From positions 112,067 through 176,066 of the forward strand of contig JADKHK010000007.1 in NCBI GenBank assembly GCA_016721845.1: 64,000 nt of DNA, read 5' to 3'. The DNA comes from Lysobacterales bacterium. GTDB taxonomy: Bacteria > Pseudomonadota > Gammaproteobacteria > Xanthomonadales > Ahniellaceae. Position 1 is the first letter of the stretch, and each line of letters starts with the position of its first letter. Under the pieces are notes generated by a model. It ran no database searches and had not been told where the DNA came from. It worked only from the letters and a program-made list of their open reading frames with translations. A program made the translations under genes and the position numbers. Of the stretch, positions 1 through 7,565 are shown in pieces.

Positions 1-141
1 GCGGAAGGGAAGTTCGAAGAATGGAACTTCAAACCTGTGCCAGTGCGCGAGCACTTCGCGGTCACGGCAAAAGTGTTGAAGGAAATCGCCAATCTTCCCA
101 ACGGGGCGAGCGTGCGCCCTCAGCATCGCGGAGTGATCTAA
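1..141 (+). CDS. 3' end of an integron cassette ORF (partial; start lies left of the window), hypothetical protein
   Basis: Frame 1 is open from base 1 (AEGKFEEWNFKPVPVREHFAVTAKVLKEIANLPNGASVRPQHRGVI*). Its TAA stop (139-141) lies inside the attC inverse core ATCTAAC (136-142), a typical cassette ORF/attC arrangement. No homolog recognised. Confidence 0.45.
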   Translation, partial: AEGKFEEWNFKPVPVREHFAVTAKVLKEIANLPNGASVRPQHRGVI

Positions 142-150
142 CTATGTGCT
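136..150 (+). other. attC recombination site, left (R''/L'') half, separated from its right half by an IS
   Basis: ATCTAAC (RYYYAAC inverse core) followed by TATGTGCT. The same start (GTCTAATTATGTGTTCAAGCCGAC) is seen uninterrupted in the attC at 1982. The IS inverted repeat begins at 151. Confidence 0.6.
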
Positions 151-1592
151 ATGGACTCCTCCCCTACGTCAACCTGATTGATCCTGTTCTGCTTCATCAC
201 GGGTGGATCGGTGCAAGCGTCTATCCGTCCTCGAAGTGGCGGGATCATCCGCCGGGACATCATGGAATCCGCAGGTGTGGGGCCTATCGTTCAAGCGACC
301 TCGAGGGTCGACATAGTTATCGGCCTTGCCACACCGCGGCCGAGCCGCTGGTGATGAGGTTGATCTGATCGATCCGTTGACGTGCCGCTCTGTGGTGAAA
401 GGGTGTGGTGCGTTGACTGCGGGTATCGATCAGGCGCTGGTCATCACGATCTCCTGATCGAAGCGTTTGCCGTAGTCGGCATCGAAGCTGCGTGCGTGGT
501 GCCACGTCGCCCAGATGATGCGCACCATTTTGTTCGCAAGGCCGACTGCCGCCTTGTTGAAGCCGCGGCGTTCGGCGAGCGCGACCGCCCAGGCGCGCAA
601 ACGATCGAGCGGCTTGCCCGCAGCCTGCGCACGTTTTGCCGCCGCGAGTACCGCACGCGCCCTTGAATCAGCAGCGTGCGGCAATACACGTCGCCGCACT
701 TGCTCATGCGCCCCAGTTGTCGCGTCGATCCGCTCGAATGCTCCTTTGGCGTGAAGCCGAGCCAGCTCGACAGCACGCGACCATTCTTGAAGCGATGAAT
801 GTCGCCGACCGATGCGCGCACTGCCGTTGCCGTGACCCAGCCGATGGTCGGCAACTTCTCCAGATCGGCGATCACGCGATCGTCCTTCGCTGTCGACGCG
901 AGTGCACGATCGGCGTCGACGACGCGTTGTTCGAGTGCGCGAATCTCATCGAGCAGCGATGCGATCAGATCGCGCATGCGCTGATCGAGTGCCTCGTGAC
1001 CAAGCGCCGTGCGCATCGCCTGCTGGCCACGCTCGGCGCCTTCGGGAATCACGATGCCGAATTCGCGCAGCAAGCCGCGCGCGAGATTGATGCGTGCCGT
1101 GCGCGTCTCTTGCCACTGCTGACGCGCACGATGCAGCAACTGGATCACCTGCTGCAGCTCGGTCTTGATCGGCACCGGCTTCAGGTCGATGGCACGCGCC
1201 GCTTCGATCATCGCCAGGCAATCCGCAGCGTCGGTCTTGCTGCGCCGCACATAGGGGCCGCACGTACTGCGCCGGAAGCAGCGTCACCTGATGACCCAGC
1301 GCACTCAGCCAGCGGCCGAAATGATGCGCCGAGCCGCAGGCTTCCATCACCACCCGCACCGGTGCACGGTTCTGCCAGAACGCGATGAACTGCGCACGCG
1401 ACAGCCGATGTGAATCGATTGCCCTGCCGTCCTGATCAACGGCGAGCACCTGGAACACCGACTTCGCGAGGTCGATGGCGATGGTGGCGACAGCGGGATT
1501 ACACTTCATGGCGGACTCCTCCGGCGGTGACTGATGCCTCAACACCTTCAGACTGGCACTTCGATGCCGATGCCGCGCCGGGAGGAGTCCAT
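151..1592 (-). mobile_element. IS110-family insertion sequence of the IS1111-like, attC-targeting type (coordinates are IR to IR; true ends may extend a few bp, to about 149 and 1600)
   Basis: Perfect 13-bp inverted repeats: ATGGACTCCTCCC at 151-163 and its reverse complement GGGAGGAGTCCAT at 1580-1592. They enclose an IS110-type transposase. The flanks reconstitute one attC (ATCTAACTATGTG... / ...TTCAAGCCGAC...GTTAGAC). About 7 nt lie between the right IR and the attC sequence, consistent with the subterminal IRs of IS1111 relatives. Confidence 0.8.
430..1509 (-). pseudogene. IS110-family (DEDD) transposase, broken by two frameshifts
   Basis: Three consecutive minus-strand frames give an IS110-type transposase. 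N-terminus: MKCNPAVATIAIDLAKSVFQV...LLPAQYVRP. Middle: (Y)VRRSKTDAADCLAMIEAA...HRFKNGRVLSSWLGFTPKEHSSG...MSKCGDVYCRTLLIQG. C-terminus: ARAVLAAAKR...GFNKAAVGLANKMVRIIWATW. The junctions fall at a G4 run (1254-1257, one base too many) and a C3 run (660-662, one base too few). GGAGGA RBS lies upstream of the ATG at 1509. Confidence 0.85.
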
Positions 1593-1646
1593 CCCATCAT
1601 TCAAGCCGACGTCGCTCCGCGACGCGGCTTAACTCAGGCGTTAGAC
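1593..1646 (+). other. attC recombination site, right half (L'/R'), ends cassette 1
   Basis: TTCAAGCCGACGTCGCTCCGCGACGCGGCTTAACTCAGGCGTTAGAC. Imperfect palindrome (AAGCCGACGTCGC / GCGACGCGGCTT) ending in the core GTTAGAC (GTTRRRY, 1640-1646). Close to the aadA/Xanthomonas-type attC consensus as I recall it. Confidence 0.7.
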
Positions 1647-1650
1647 ACCA

Positions 1651-1956
1651 ATGCCAACCGTCTTCGTGTACGGGTTCAGAGGCAAGTACACCGGGTCTCC
1701 GGTGTACGACTATTCGCATCCCGAGCTCAACGCCACGCACAAATGCATGCTCTTCCTGTCGCAAGAAAGCGATCAGAGCCAGATGCACCTAGCCGGAGCC
1801 GAGTGCCTGAAGTACGGCTTCGGCGAGTACGAATTTTCCCGCGCGGGGAGGCTGGACATTGATTCGCTGAACACGGACACCTTTCGCGGCTTTTCGGGGT
1901 ACTACGAAGAGGCCCTGAGCCAGGGTAGTGCGCTGGTCTTTTATCCCAATGCTTGA
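1651..1956 (+). CDS. cassette-borne hypothetical protein (101 aa)
   Basis: ATG 5 nt after the attC core and ORF followed by the next attC. GC visibly lower than the surroundings. No family recognised (MPTVFVYGFRGKYTGSPVYDYSHPELN...). Confidence 0.6.
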   Translation: MPTVFVYGFRGKYTGSPVYDYSHPELNATHKCMLFLSQESDQSQMHLAGAECLKYGFGEYEFSRAGRLDIDSLNTDTFRGFSGYYEEALSQGSALVFYPNA

Positions 1957-1981
1957 GGTTCGCGTGCATGGCCGCGTTAGC

Positions 1982-2071
1982 GTCTAATTATGTGTTCAAG
2001 CCGACCGCCGAGGAAGTTGCTCGCATCATCCAAACACCGTCGCGCGGCGGCGGCATGACACGGCGTTAGAT
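1982..2071 (+). other. attC recombination site (about 90 bp)
   Basis: GTCTAAT (1982-1988) TATGTGTTCAAGCCGACCGCC ... CGCGCGGCGGCGGCATGACACGGCGTTAGAT, with core GTTAGAT at 2065-2071. Inverse core and core are complementary in 5 of 7 positions. GC-rich internal inverted repeats. Confidence 0.65.
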
Positions 2072-2654
2072 GGCATTTCTCGTGAACGACCCAACACAGA
2101 ACTTTGCTACGGCCGCGCGAATATTCTGTTCGGGGGTTGAAAGCCCTCCTGGTGAGCCATCGAGCGAGGTGGTCGCTGCGCTCCCGGCATCTCATGCGCC
2201 TGTACCGGGCCGCACTCGAGCTTCCGGAGCGCTTCGAGGACTTCGACGCTCCGCGTGTTTCAGACGAGGAATGGAAAGTAGTGTTTCGTCGCTTCGGGTC
2301 ACTTCCGTTCAACTACTACGCCGAGTGCTTCGATCCCCTAACCGTCCCTTGCGAGGAACCTGTCGTCTCAGATCTTGCGGACGATCTCGCGGACATCTGG
2401 AGAGACATTAAGGCGGGTCTGGTGTTGTATGAGACGGGGCACCCTGACGCAGCGGTCTGGGAATGGAAGCAGCATTTTCAGTTCCATTGGGGCATCACGC
2501 GGTCGGCGCGATGTATGCGCTGCATTGCTGGTTGGCGCAGAACCCGGACAAAATGCCATCTAACCAGCCGCTCCACCCCGACGCTTCGCGCGCAAGCGCG
2601 CTCAGCGCGGGCGAGCGCCAGCCTCCGCCGCGCGGCGGCATGACACGTCGTTAG
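2070..2654 (+). pseudogene. DUF5063-like cassette gene, apparently frameshifted at least twice
   Basis: Frame 2070: MAFLVNDPTQNFATAARIFCSGVES. Frame 2104: HLMRLYRAALELPERFEDFD...DLADDLADIWRDIKAGLVLYETGHPDAAVWEWKQHFQFHWG. Frame 2463: HHAVGAMYALHCWLAQNPDK. Joined, they read like a DUF5063-type protein (family assignment from memory). Shifts lie between about 2140 and 2190 (C-run 2183-2185) and at the G-run 2489-2492. The 3' end is uncertain: as written the last frame reads through the whole attC to the TAG at 2652-2654. Confidence 0.55.
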
Positions 2655-2656
2655 AC
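2558..2656 (+). other. attC recombination site (about 99 bp)
   Basis: ATCTAAC (2558-2564) ... CGCGCGGCGGCATGACACGTCGTTAGAC with core GTTAGAC at 2650-2656. The 3' end is nearly identical to that of the attC at 1982-2071. Confidence 0.65.
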
Positions 2657-2670
2657 CGCAGGGTGAATCA

Positions 2671-3210
2671 ATGCAGCTATCTCTGGACCAGGATTTGCAA
2701 TCCGCAATGCGACGCACACACTTGGATGGCGCACCTGGGGTCGCTGCCTCTGGCGCCGTGTGGCTAGTGTCTGCGGTAGTGTGTTTCGGATTGGGCGTGC
2801 CAAAAGCCGTGTGGGCTTTGTTGATCGGTGGAGCGCTCATTTCGCCCCTCAGCAATGTACTCAAGAAGCTGTTGGGTGCCCCCTCGGAAGCGAAGCCGAA
2901 CAACGCACTCAACCATTTGGCGCTGGCCACCACGATTTGGCTGATCGCCTGCTGCTTTATGGCCTTTGGCCTGTATCTGCACGACGAGACATGGTTCTTT
3001 CCGGCCATGATGCTGACGATCGGAAGTCGCTATCTGGTCTTTTCAATACTGTTCGGCCTAACGATCTATTGGGTTCTAGGCGGCCTGCTCATCGGCGCTG
3101 GTGCGTTAGCCTTCTACCTGTCGTCGCCGGCGTTGTACTCGGCGCTCGTCGGCGCAGCAGTCGAGATCGCTTTCGCAGTCATCCTCTTCTCCAGACTCTC
3201 ACGCCATTGA
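2671..3210 (+). CDS. polytopic membrane protein (179 aa), first gene of a two-gene cassette
   Basis: ATG 15 nt after the attC core. About five hydrophobic helices (e.g. AVWLVSAVVCFGLGV, TTIWLIACCFMAFGLYL, LTIYWVLGGLLIGAGALAF). Good third-position GC bias. Confidence 0.7.
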   Translation: MQLSLDQDLQSAMRRTHLDGAPGVAASGAVWLVSAVVCFGLGVPKAVWALLIGGALISPLSNVLKKLLGAPSEAKPNNALNHLALATTIWLIACCFMAFGLYLHDETWFFPAMMLTIGSRYLVFSILFGLTIYWVLGGLLIGAGALAFYLSSPALYSALVGAAVEIAFAVILFSRLSRH

Positions 3211-3932
3211 AAACCAACAAGTTCGCTTCATTGATCCGCGCGATCGGGCTTTTCGGTTGTCTGGCAGCACAGTCTTCGACCTTTGCCGAAACGGCGAAGA
3301 GCGAAAACTATCCGCCCGTCGAACGTGCGTCCTTCCATCAGTTGGTCTTCGCAGACGACGACTTCGCGGTCCTCGACAATCTCTATCCGCCCGGTGGCGA
3401 TTCCGGTTTTCATGCCCACTATCGCGACATCTTCTACGTCGTGATCCAGCCCGGACAGGGCGGCCGCAGCCAAAAAATTGGGGAGCCCATGGCTGCTGTG
3501 CCGAAGCCTGTCGCGGGAGACGCCGCATTTGGCGGCCTGGGCGGCGAACCTCGCCTTCATCGGGTGGTGAACGGTGACAAGAGCGCCGCCCAGTTCATCG
3601 TCGTCGAGTTGCGCCGCGCCAAACCTCTGGGAAGCACCGCTTCGTCGCGCGAGGACTCGAAGCGCTACACGCAGATTGCGGACAATCCTCGGCTGCGCGC
3701 TTGGCGCCTTGTCTTGGAACCAGGCCAGTCTACGGCGTCAATTTCGCAGATCGGCAAGGGCATCCGCATTGTCGTGCGCGGCGGCACCTTGAGCACCATT
3801 TCTCCCGGCATGCCTGACCAGATTTTGGCGTTGCGGTCTGGCGACTTTTCAGTTCAGTATCCCGGCTTCACGCGCGCACTCACCAACTCCGGCACCGAAG
3901 CGATTGAGTTGGTCGAGATGGAGCTGAAATAG
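3207..3932 (+). CDS. secreted cupin-like protein (241 aa), second gene of the same cassette
   Basis: TTG start overlaps the upstream TGA (TTGA, 3207-3210). Signal peptide KTNKFASLIRAIGLFGCLAAQSSTFA/ET. Cupin-like motif GGDSGFHAHYRD and a second beta-barrel-like half. This is only the 3' two-thirds of track ORF 2760..3932; the 5' third overlaps the membrane gene out of frame. Confidence 0.7.
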   Translation: MKTNKFASLIRAIGLFGCLAAQSSTFAETAKSENYPPVERASFHQLVFADDDFAVLDNLYPPGGDSGFHAHYRDIFYVVIQPGQGGRSQKIGEPMAAVPKPVAGDAAFGGLGGEPRLHRVVNGDKSAAQFIVVELRRAKPLGSTASSREDSKRYTQIADNPRLRAWRLVLEPGQSTASISQIGKGIRIVVRGGTLSTISPGMPDQILALRSGDFSVQYPGFTRALTNSGTEAIELVEMELK

Positions 3933-3940
3933 GACCTCTG

Positions 3941-3999
3941 CCCACTCACCCAGCATTCAAGCCGACGCCTCTTCATTCCGGCGTCAGGCCTCGCAAGAC
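3941..3999 (+). other. degenerate attC relic
   Basis: CATTCAAGCCGACGCC (3954-3969) ... GGCGTC (3980-3985) ... GCAAGAC (3993-3999). It keeps the TTCAAGCCGAC box and the central inverted repeat, but both cores are mutated (GCAAGAC instead of GTTAGAC). Confidence 0.4.
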
Positions 4000-4024
4000 G
4001 TACCCTTGGCACACAGGAGTGACC

Positions 4025-4441
4025 ATGAAGATCACCGTCTCGACCGTCGTTGCGGCTCCGTTGGACGTCGTCTGGGCTGCGTACACCACGCCCGATGACA
4101 TCAAGGTCTGGAACGCGGCCTCGCCGGACTGGCACACCACCGCGTCGACGGTGGATCTCAGGCCGGGCGGCAAGTTCTCTTCCCGGATGGAAGCCAAGGA
4201 CGGATCCTTCGGATTCGATTTCGCGGGCGAGTACACGAACATCGTTCACCTCGAGCTGATCGAGTACGCGTTCGGCGAGCGCATTGGCAGAGTCGAGTTC
4301 AAGGAAGGCCCGGATGGCGTCACGGTGACCGTCACCTTCGATGCCGAGCAGACCCATTCCGAAGAACAGCAACGTGGCGGCTGGCAAGCCATCCTGGACA
4401 GCTTCGCGCGCCACGTCTCGAGCAGGTTGGCCTCGCAGTAG
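4025..4441 (+). CDS. SRPBCC / Aha1 (AHSA1)-domain protein (138 aa)
   Basis: AGGAG RBS (4015-4019) 5 nt before the ATG. MKITVSTVVAAPLDVVWAAYTTPDDIKVWNAASPDWH...FDFAGEYTNIV...GWQAILDSFARHV is the typical AHSA1/SRPBCC pattern. Confidence 0.85.
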   Translation: MKITVSTVVAAPLDVVWAAYTTPDDIKVWNAASPDWHTTASTVDLRPGGKFSSRMEAKDGSFGFDFAGEYTNIVHLELIEYAFGERIGRVEFKEGPDGVTVTVTFDAEQTHSEEQQRGGWQAILDSFARHVSSRLASQ

Positions 4442-4454
4442 CCGCGCCTGCCGC

Positions 4455-4475
4455 TGCTCAGCTCAAACGTCAGAC
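4455..4475 (+). other. possible truncated attC remnant (R' side only)
   Basis: TGCTCAGCTCAAACGTCAGAC resembles GGCTTAACTCAGGCGTTAGAC of the attC at 1626-1646, but the core is GTCAGAC and no left half is present. Confidence 0.25.
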
Positions 4476-4485
4476 CGCACACGCA

Positions 4486-4755
4486 ATGGAGATCAAGATG
4501 GGTGCTGCATTCTGGGTGAAACGAATCCTGCTGGCGTTCGCCGTGGCGTTCTTTGTTCTTCTCGGCGCAGAGCTCGCGAAGGGACACTCGCAGATGGCGG
4601 CACTTCAATTTGCCGGGTTGTGGGGCGTTGCCACCAGCGCGATCTTCACCCTCGCCAGCTACCGCCGCTACAGGCGCAATCCGGCATGCTGGCTTGGCGT
4701 CACCGCGAGGTCCGACAAACCAATCAAGCCGAAGCCGCTTCGCGGCGCGGCTTGA
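4486..4755 (+). CDS. small membrane protein (89 aa), cassette-like
   Basis: Two hydrophobic helices (ILLAFAVAFFVLLGA; GLWGVATSAIFTLAS). The C-terminal 15 or so codons are encoded by the attC relic. No family recognised; the start could be the ATG at 4498. Confidence 0.5.
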   Translation: MEIKMGAAFWVKRILLAFAVAFFVLLGAELAKGHSQMAALQFAGLWGVATSAIFTLASYRRYRRNPACWLGVTARSDKPIKPKPLRGAA

Positions 4756-4767
4756 CTCAGGCAGCAC
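4711..4767 (+). other. degenerate attC relic
   Basis: TCCGACAAACCAATCAAGCCGAAGCCGCTTCGCGGCGCGGCTTGACTCAGGCAGCAC. The central part (AAGCCGCTTCGCGGCGCGGCTT) is an almost perfect attC-type palindrome. The R' core is lost (GCAGCAC). Confidence 0.5.
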
Positions 4768-4811
4768 GCTCGCGTCGTCGAGCGGCACTTCAATATCAAG
4801 GATGGCCGACC

Positions 4812-5204
4812 ATGCAGCTCTTGCTTGCCACTGCCGCAGTTCTGGCGACCGTCACCGGCGTGGTTCACTCTGTGCTGGGTGAGCGCCTGATCTTCCGTCA
4901 CCTGCGTGCATCCACCCTCGTTCCTTCGCTTCCGGCGAAGCCGCTGCAGGGGCGGCATGTGCGCATTCTCTGGGCCACCTGGCATCTGGCGTCCGTTCTT
5001 GCCTGGGCGTTCGCGGCCTTGCTCTGGATGCTTGCGACGCATCCCGAGGCGGTGTTGTCGTCGCGGTCGATCCTTGCTGCTGCGACGGCGGCCTTTCTGG
5101 CAGGCGCGCTCCTCGTCCTTGTCGGCACCCGCGGTCGTCATCCGGGCTGGGTCGCACTCGCCGCAGTCGGCATCCTGTCGGCGGTGACCACGAGTGGCAC
5201 CTGA
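4812..5204 (+). CDS. membrane protein (130 aa)
   Basis: Internal ATG of track ORF 4341..5204. Four hydrophobic segments (MQLLLATAAVLATVTGVV..., ILWATWHLASVLAWAFAALLWML, ILAAATAAFLAGALLVLV, WVALAAVGILSAV). Confidence 0.65.
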   Translation: MQLLLATAAVLATVTGVVHSVLGERLIFRHLRASTLVPSLPAKPLQGRHVRILWATWHLASVLAWAFAALLWMLATHPEAVLSSRSILAAATAAFLAGALLVLVGTRGRHPGWVALAAVGILSAVTTSGT

Positions 5205-5288
5205 GCACTCACCCGAGCCGGCGTCGCCCATGGTCCGCCCCGTGCTTCCGGGCTTGGACGACATCGTCGCGTCCTATGACCGGGCGAC

Positions 5289-5717
5289 GTGGGGCCGATC
5301 ATCGAGGGTCACTACGCGCTGGCCGAGCGGGCGGGCGGTCTGGCGGCGCTGGTGCCGCTGTTGGTGATGGCGTTTCGAAAGATCAAGTCGTTCAAGGGAC
5401 GCAAAGTCATCCTGCACTTCATCTTGCCCTACGTGCGCTGCACGCGCGAGGTGCTGGACATCGGCCTGTTCGCGTTGGCGGACAAGTCTCGGGTCGTCCG
5501 GGAAGACGCGCTCGCGCTGATTGCCTATTCGCTGGACGAACGCGCAATGCCGGCCCTGATCGCCCATGCCGATCATGCCGATCAGCGCGACCGCGATTCC
5601 GCCCACGCCGCAATCGACGCGATTCGCAATCGGAACCACCACCTGTTCCTGGATCGGGACCATGCCGGCAATGTCGTGTGGCGCGTGACCGATGCGTGTG
5701 GAAAGATCGCGACCTGA
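5289..5717 (+). CDS. hypothetical protein (142 aa), possibly HEAT-like helical repeats
   Basis: Strong third-position GC bias across the ORF. GTG start as in the track; the true start is uncertain. No family recognised. Confidence 0.55.
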   Translation: MGPIIEGHYALAERAGGLAALVPLLVMAFRKIKSFKGRKVILHFILPYVRCTREVLDIGLFALADKSRVVREDALALIAYSLDERAMPALIAHADHADQRDRDSAHAAIDAIRNRNHHLFLDRDHAGNVVWRVTDACGKIAT

Positions 5718-5772
5718 GTCCGCGCCGGACCCGAACACCGGCCGCAGCCCGCGCCGATACTGGAGGTCCTCG

Positions 5773-6144
5773 ATGAACATCCTGTTGTGGGTCCTGCAGG
5801 CGCTGGCCGCGCTGCTGTACGGCGCGTCGGGGGTCATGAAGGTGTTCATGTTCGAGCAGATCAGCGCGGATGTGCCGTCGTTCGGCGCCTTGCCGCGGGA
5901 GGTCTGGATGGCTCTTGGCGTCATGGAGCTCGTCTGCACGGTCGGGCTGATCGTTCCGGCCGCCTTCCATTGGCAGCCGCGACTGACGGTGCTGGCGGCC
6001 GCGCTGCTGGCGATCGAGAGCCTCGTGTTCATCGGCGTGCACGTGAAGTACCACGAGCTCGGGTCCATCCTGTTCAGCGCCGTGCTGGGCCTCGCCATGG
6101 CATTCATCGCCTACGGCCGGATGGTCCTGAAACCGATCCTGTGA
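5773..6144 (+). CDS. DoxX-like family membrane protein (123 aa)
   Basis: GGAGG RBS (5763-5767). MNILLWVLQALAALLYGASGVMKVF... plus four TM helices is the DoxX-like pattern. Confidence 0.8.
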   Translation: MNILLWVLQALAALLYGASGVMKVFMFEQISADVPSFGALPREVWMALGVMELVCTVGLIVPAAFHWQPRLTVLAAALLAIESLVFIGVHVKYHELGSILFSAVLGLAMAFIAYGRMVLKPIL

Positions 6145-6226
6145 GCGCGGTGTCGGCCGGTGAGCGATGGCTTCGAGGGCGACGGGCGGTTATCGTCGCC
6201 GGCACGTCGACCCGTTGCGAGCGCCC

Positions 6227-6424
6227 ATGACCGGACCCGCGTTTCCCGACCTGAAAGATGGCGCCCGCTGCCAGGTGGTGGGCGGGACACACGCCGGCAA
6301 GTCCGGCATGGTCACCGACATCCACACCAGCAAGACCGGGCACGTCACCCTGACCGTCGTGCAGCGGGATGGCGTCCGCTTCAAGACGCTCGCGAAGAAC
6401 GTGCGAATCATCGGCGCGACGTGA
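6227..6424 (+). CDS. small KOW-motif protein (65 aa)
   Basis: Internal ATG of track ORF 6167..6424. [21 protein letters not shown] fits a KOW motif. Confidence 0.6.
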   Translation: MTGPAFPDLKDGARCQVVGGTHAGKSGMVTDIHTSKTGHVTLTVVQRDGVRFKTLAKNVRIIGAT

Positions 6425-6503
6425 ACGAACTGCGGCCCGAACCCGCATCCGCGCGGATGCCGGTGTCGGAAGGATGAATCCTGATCGGATCGGGAGTGGG
6501 CCC

Positions 6504-6904
6504 ATGCTCAAGACCTACCAAGGCAGTTGCCATTGCGGCGCGGTCCGCTTCGAGGCCGACCTCGACCTCGCCCAAGGCACCTATCGCTGCAACTGCAGCA
6601 TCTGCAGGCGCACGCGCTTCTGGCCGGCGGTCGCGCGCGAGGGCGGATTCCGCCTGCTGGCCGGCGAGTCGGAATTGACGAAGTACCTGTTCCACTCCAG
6701 GAAGAACGAACACTACTTTGCCGTCATTGCGGCGTGCGCGCGTTCGGCATCGGCACCGAGACACCGATCGGCCGGATGTACGGGGTCAATCTCGGCTGCC
6801 TGACCGACATCACCGACGAGGAATTGTCGACAGCGCCGATCACCTATGTCGACGGGCGCAACGACCAGTGGCAGCAGGCGCCCGAATTCTTCGCACACCT
6901 GTAG
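6504..6904 (+). pseudogene. GFA (CENP-V/glutathione-dependent formaldehyde-activating) family protein, single frameshift
   Basis: Frame A: [43 protein letters not shown]...[11 protein letters not shown]. Frame B: [28 protein letters not shown]...QWQQAPEFFAHL. The join is at the T3 run 6717-6719; a fourth T would give ...HYFCRHCG..., restoring the conserved Cys motif. Confidence 0.8.
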
Positions 6905-6958
6905 CCGTTGCGATTGCCGTACGGTTCGGGCGAGCACCGCCGCGTAGGGGACACGATC

Positions 6959-7565
6959 ATGAATGATGATCCGCTGTATCACGACGGCATGCGCGCGCTG
7001 CAGGACGCGCGCGAGACCCGGGCGCTGGCCGACCGCTTGGCGCAGGTCACCGTGCGTGCGACGTTCACGCCCGAGGATCGCGGCTTCATCGAGACCCGGC
7101 CGATGTTCTTCATCGCCACGGCCGATGCGCGCGGCCATCCGGATTGTTCCTGCAAGGGCGGCTTGCCCGGCTTCGTGCGCGTGCTCGACGAACGCACGCT
7201 TGCCTTCCCCGACTACGACGGCAACGGGATGTACCGGACCCGGGCAACATCGGCGTGAATCCGCATGTCGGACTGCTGTTCCCGGACTTCCAGACGCCGA
7301 AGCGGTTGCGCGTCAACGGCACTGCGACGGTCCACGCCGACGATCCGTTGCGTCAGGACTTTCCGGGATCGGTCTTCATCGTCCGCGTCGCGGCCACCCG
7401 GATCTTCCCGAACTGTCCGCGTTATCTCCACGCCATGCCGCTGGCCGAGTACTCGGCCTATGCGCCCCGGGCCGACTACACGCCGCCGGTACCGGCGTGG
7501 AAGACCTTCGAGGCCTTCCGCGACGCCTTGCCGGCACGCGATCGCAGCGACGACACCAGGGCTGA
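6959..7565 (+). pseudogene. pyridoxamine 5'-phosphate oxidase-like FMN-binding family protein, frameshifted; 3' end uncertain
   Basis: MNDDPLYHDGMRALQD...MFFIATADARGHPDCSCKGGLPGFVRVLDERTLAFPDYDGNGMYRT continues in another frame as GNIGVNPHVGLLFPDFQTPKRLRVNGTA...IFPNCPRYLH. The shift is at ACCCGGG, 7238-7244. The second frame has no stop and runs antisense into the permease gene. A further 1-nt indel near 7555 would give a TGA at 7563-7565. Confidence 0.75.

Noticed and set aside
21-368. 115-aa plus-strand ORF at the left edge; considered as a possible intI fragment or real cassette gene
   Set aside because: It runs across the attC half-site and the IS inverted repeat into IS-internal sequence. 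It has no tyrosine-recombinase motifs. The better-supported reading is frame 1 ending at the TAA in the attC core (1-141). No integrase is visible in the window.
1553-1568. TGGCAC-containing strings checked as sigma-54 promoters (1553, 5194, 20273, 49215)
   Set aside because: They lack a correctly spaced TTGC -12 element (GG to GC spacing is 9 instead of 10, or no GC), or they lie inside coding sequence.
2760-3932. 390-aa ORF treated as one protein
   Set aside because: Its first 149 or so codons overlap the well-behaved membrane-protein ORF (2671-3210) out of frame and translate to low-complexity sequence. Only the part from the TTG at 3207 (signal peptide onward) looks coding.
6445-6460. 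Perfect 16-bp palindrome GCATCCGCGCGGATGC between the KOW and GFA genes. The other hairpins at 58541 and 63842 also contain GCATCC/GGATGC.
   Set aside because: It is too short, and without loop or U-tract, to call a terminator or binding site. The shared hexamer among hairpins is most likely coincidence.
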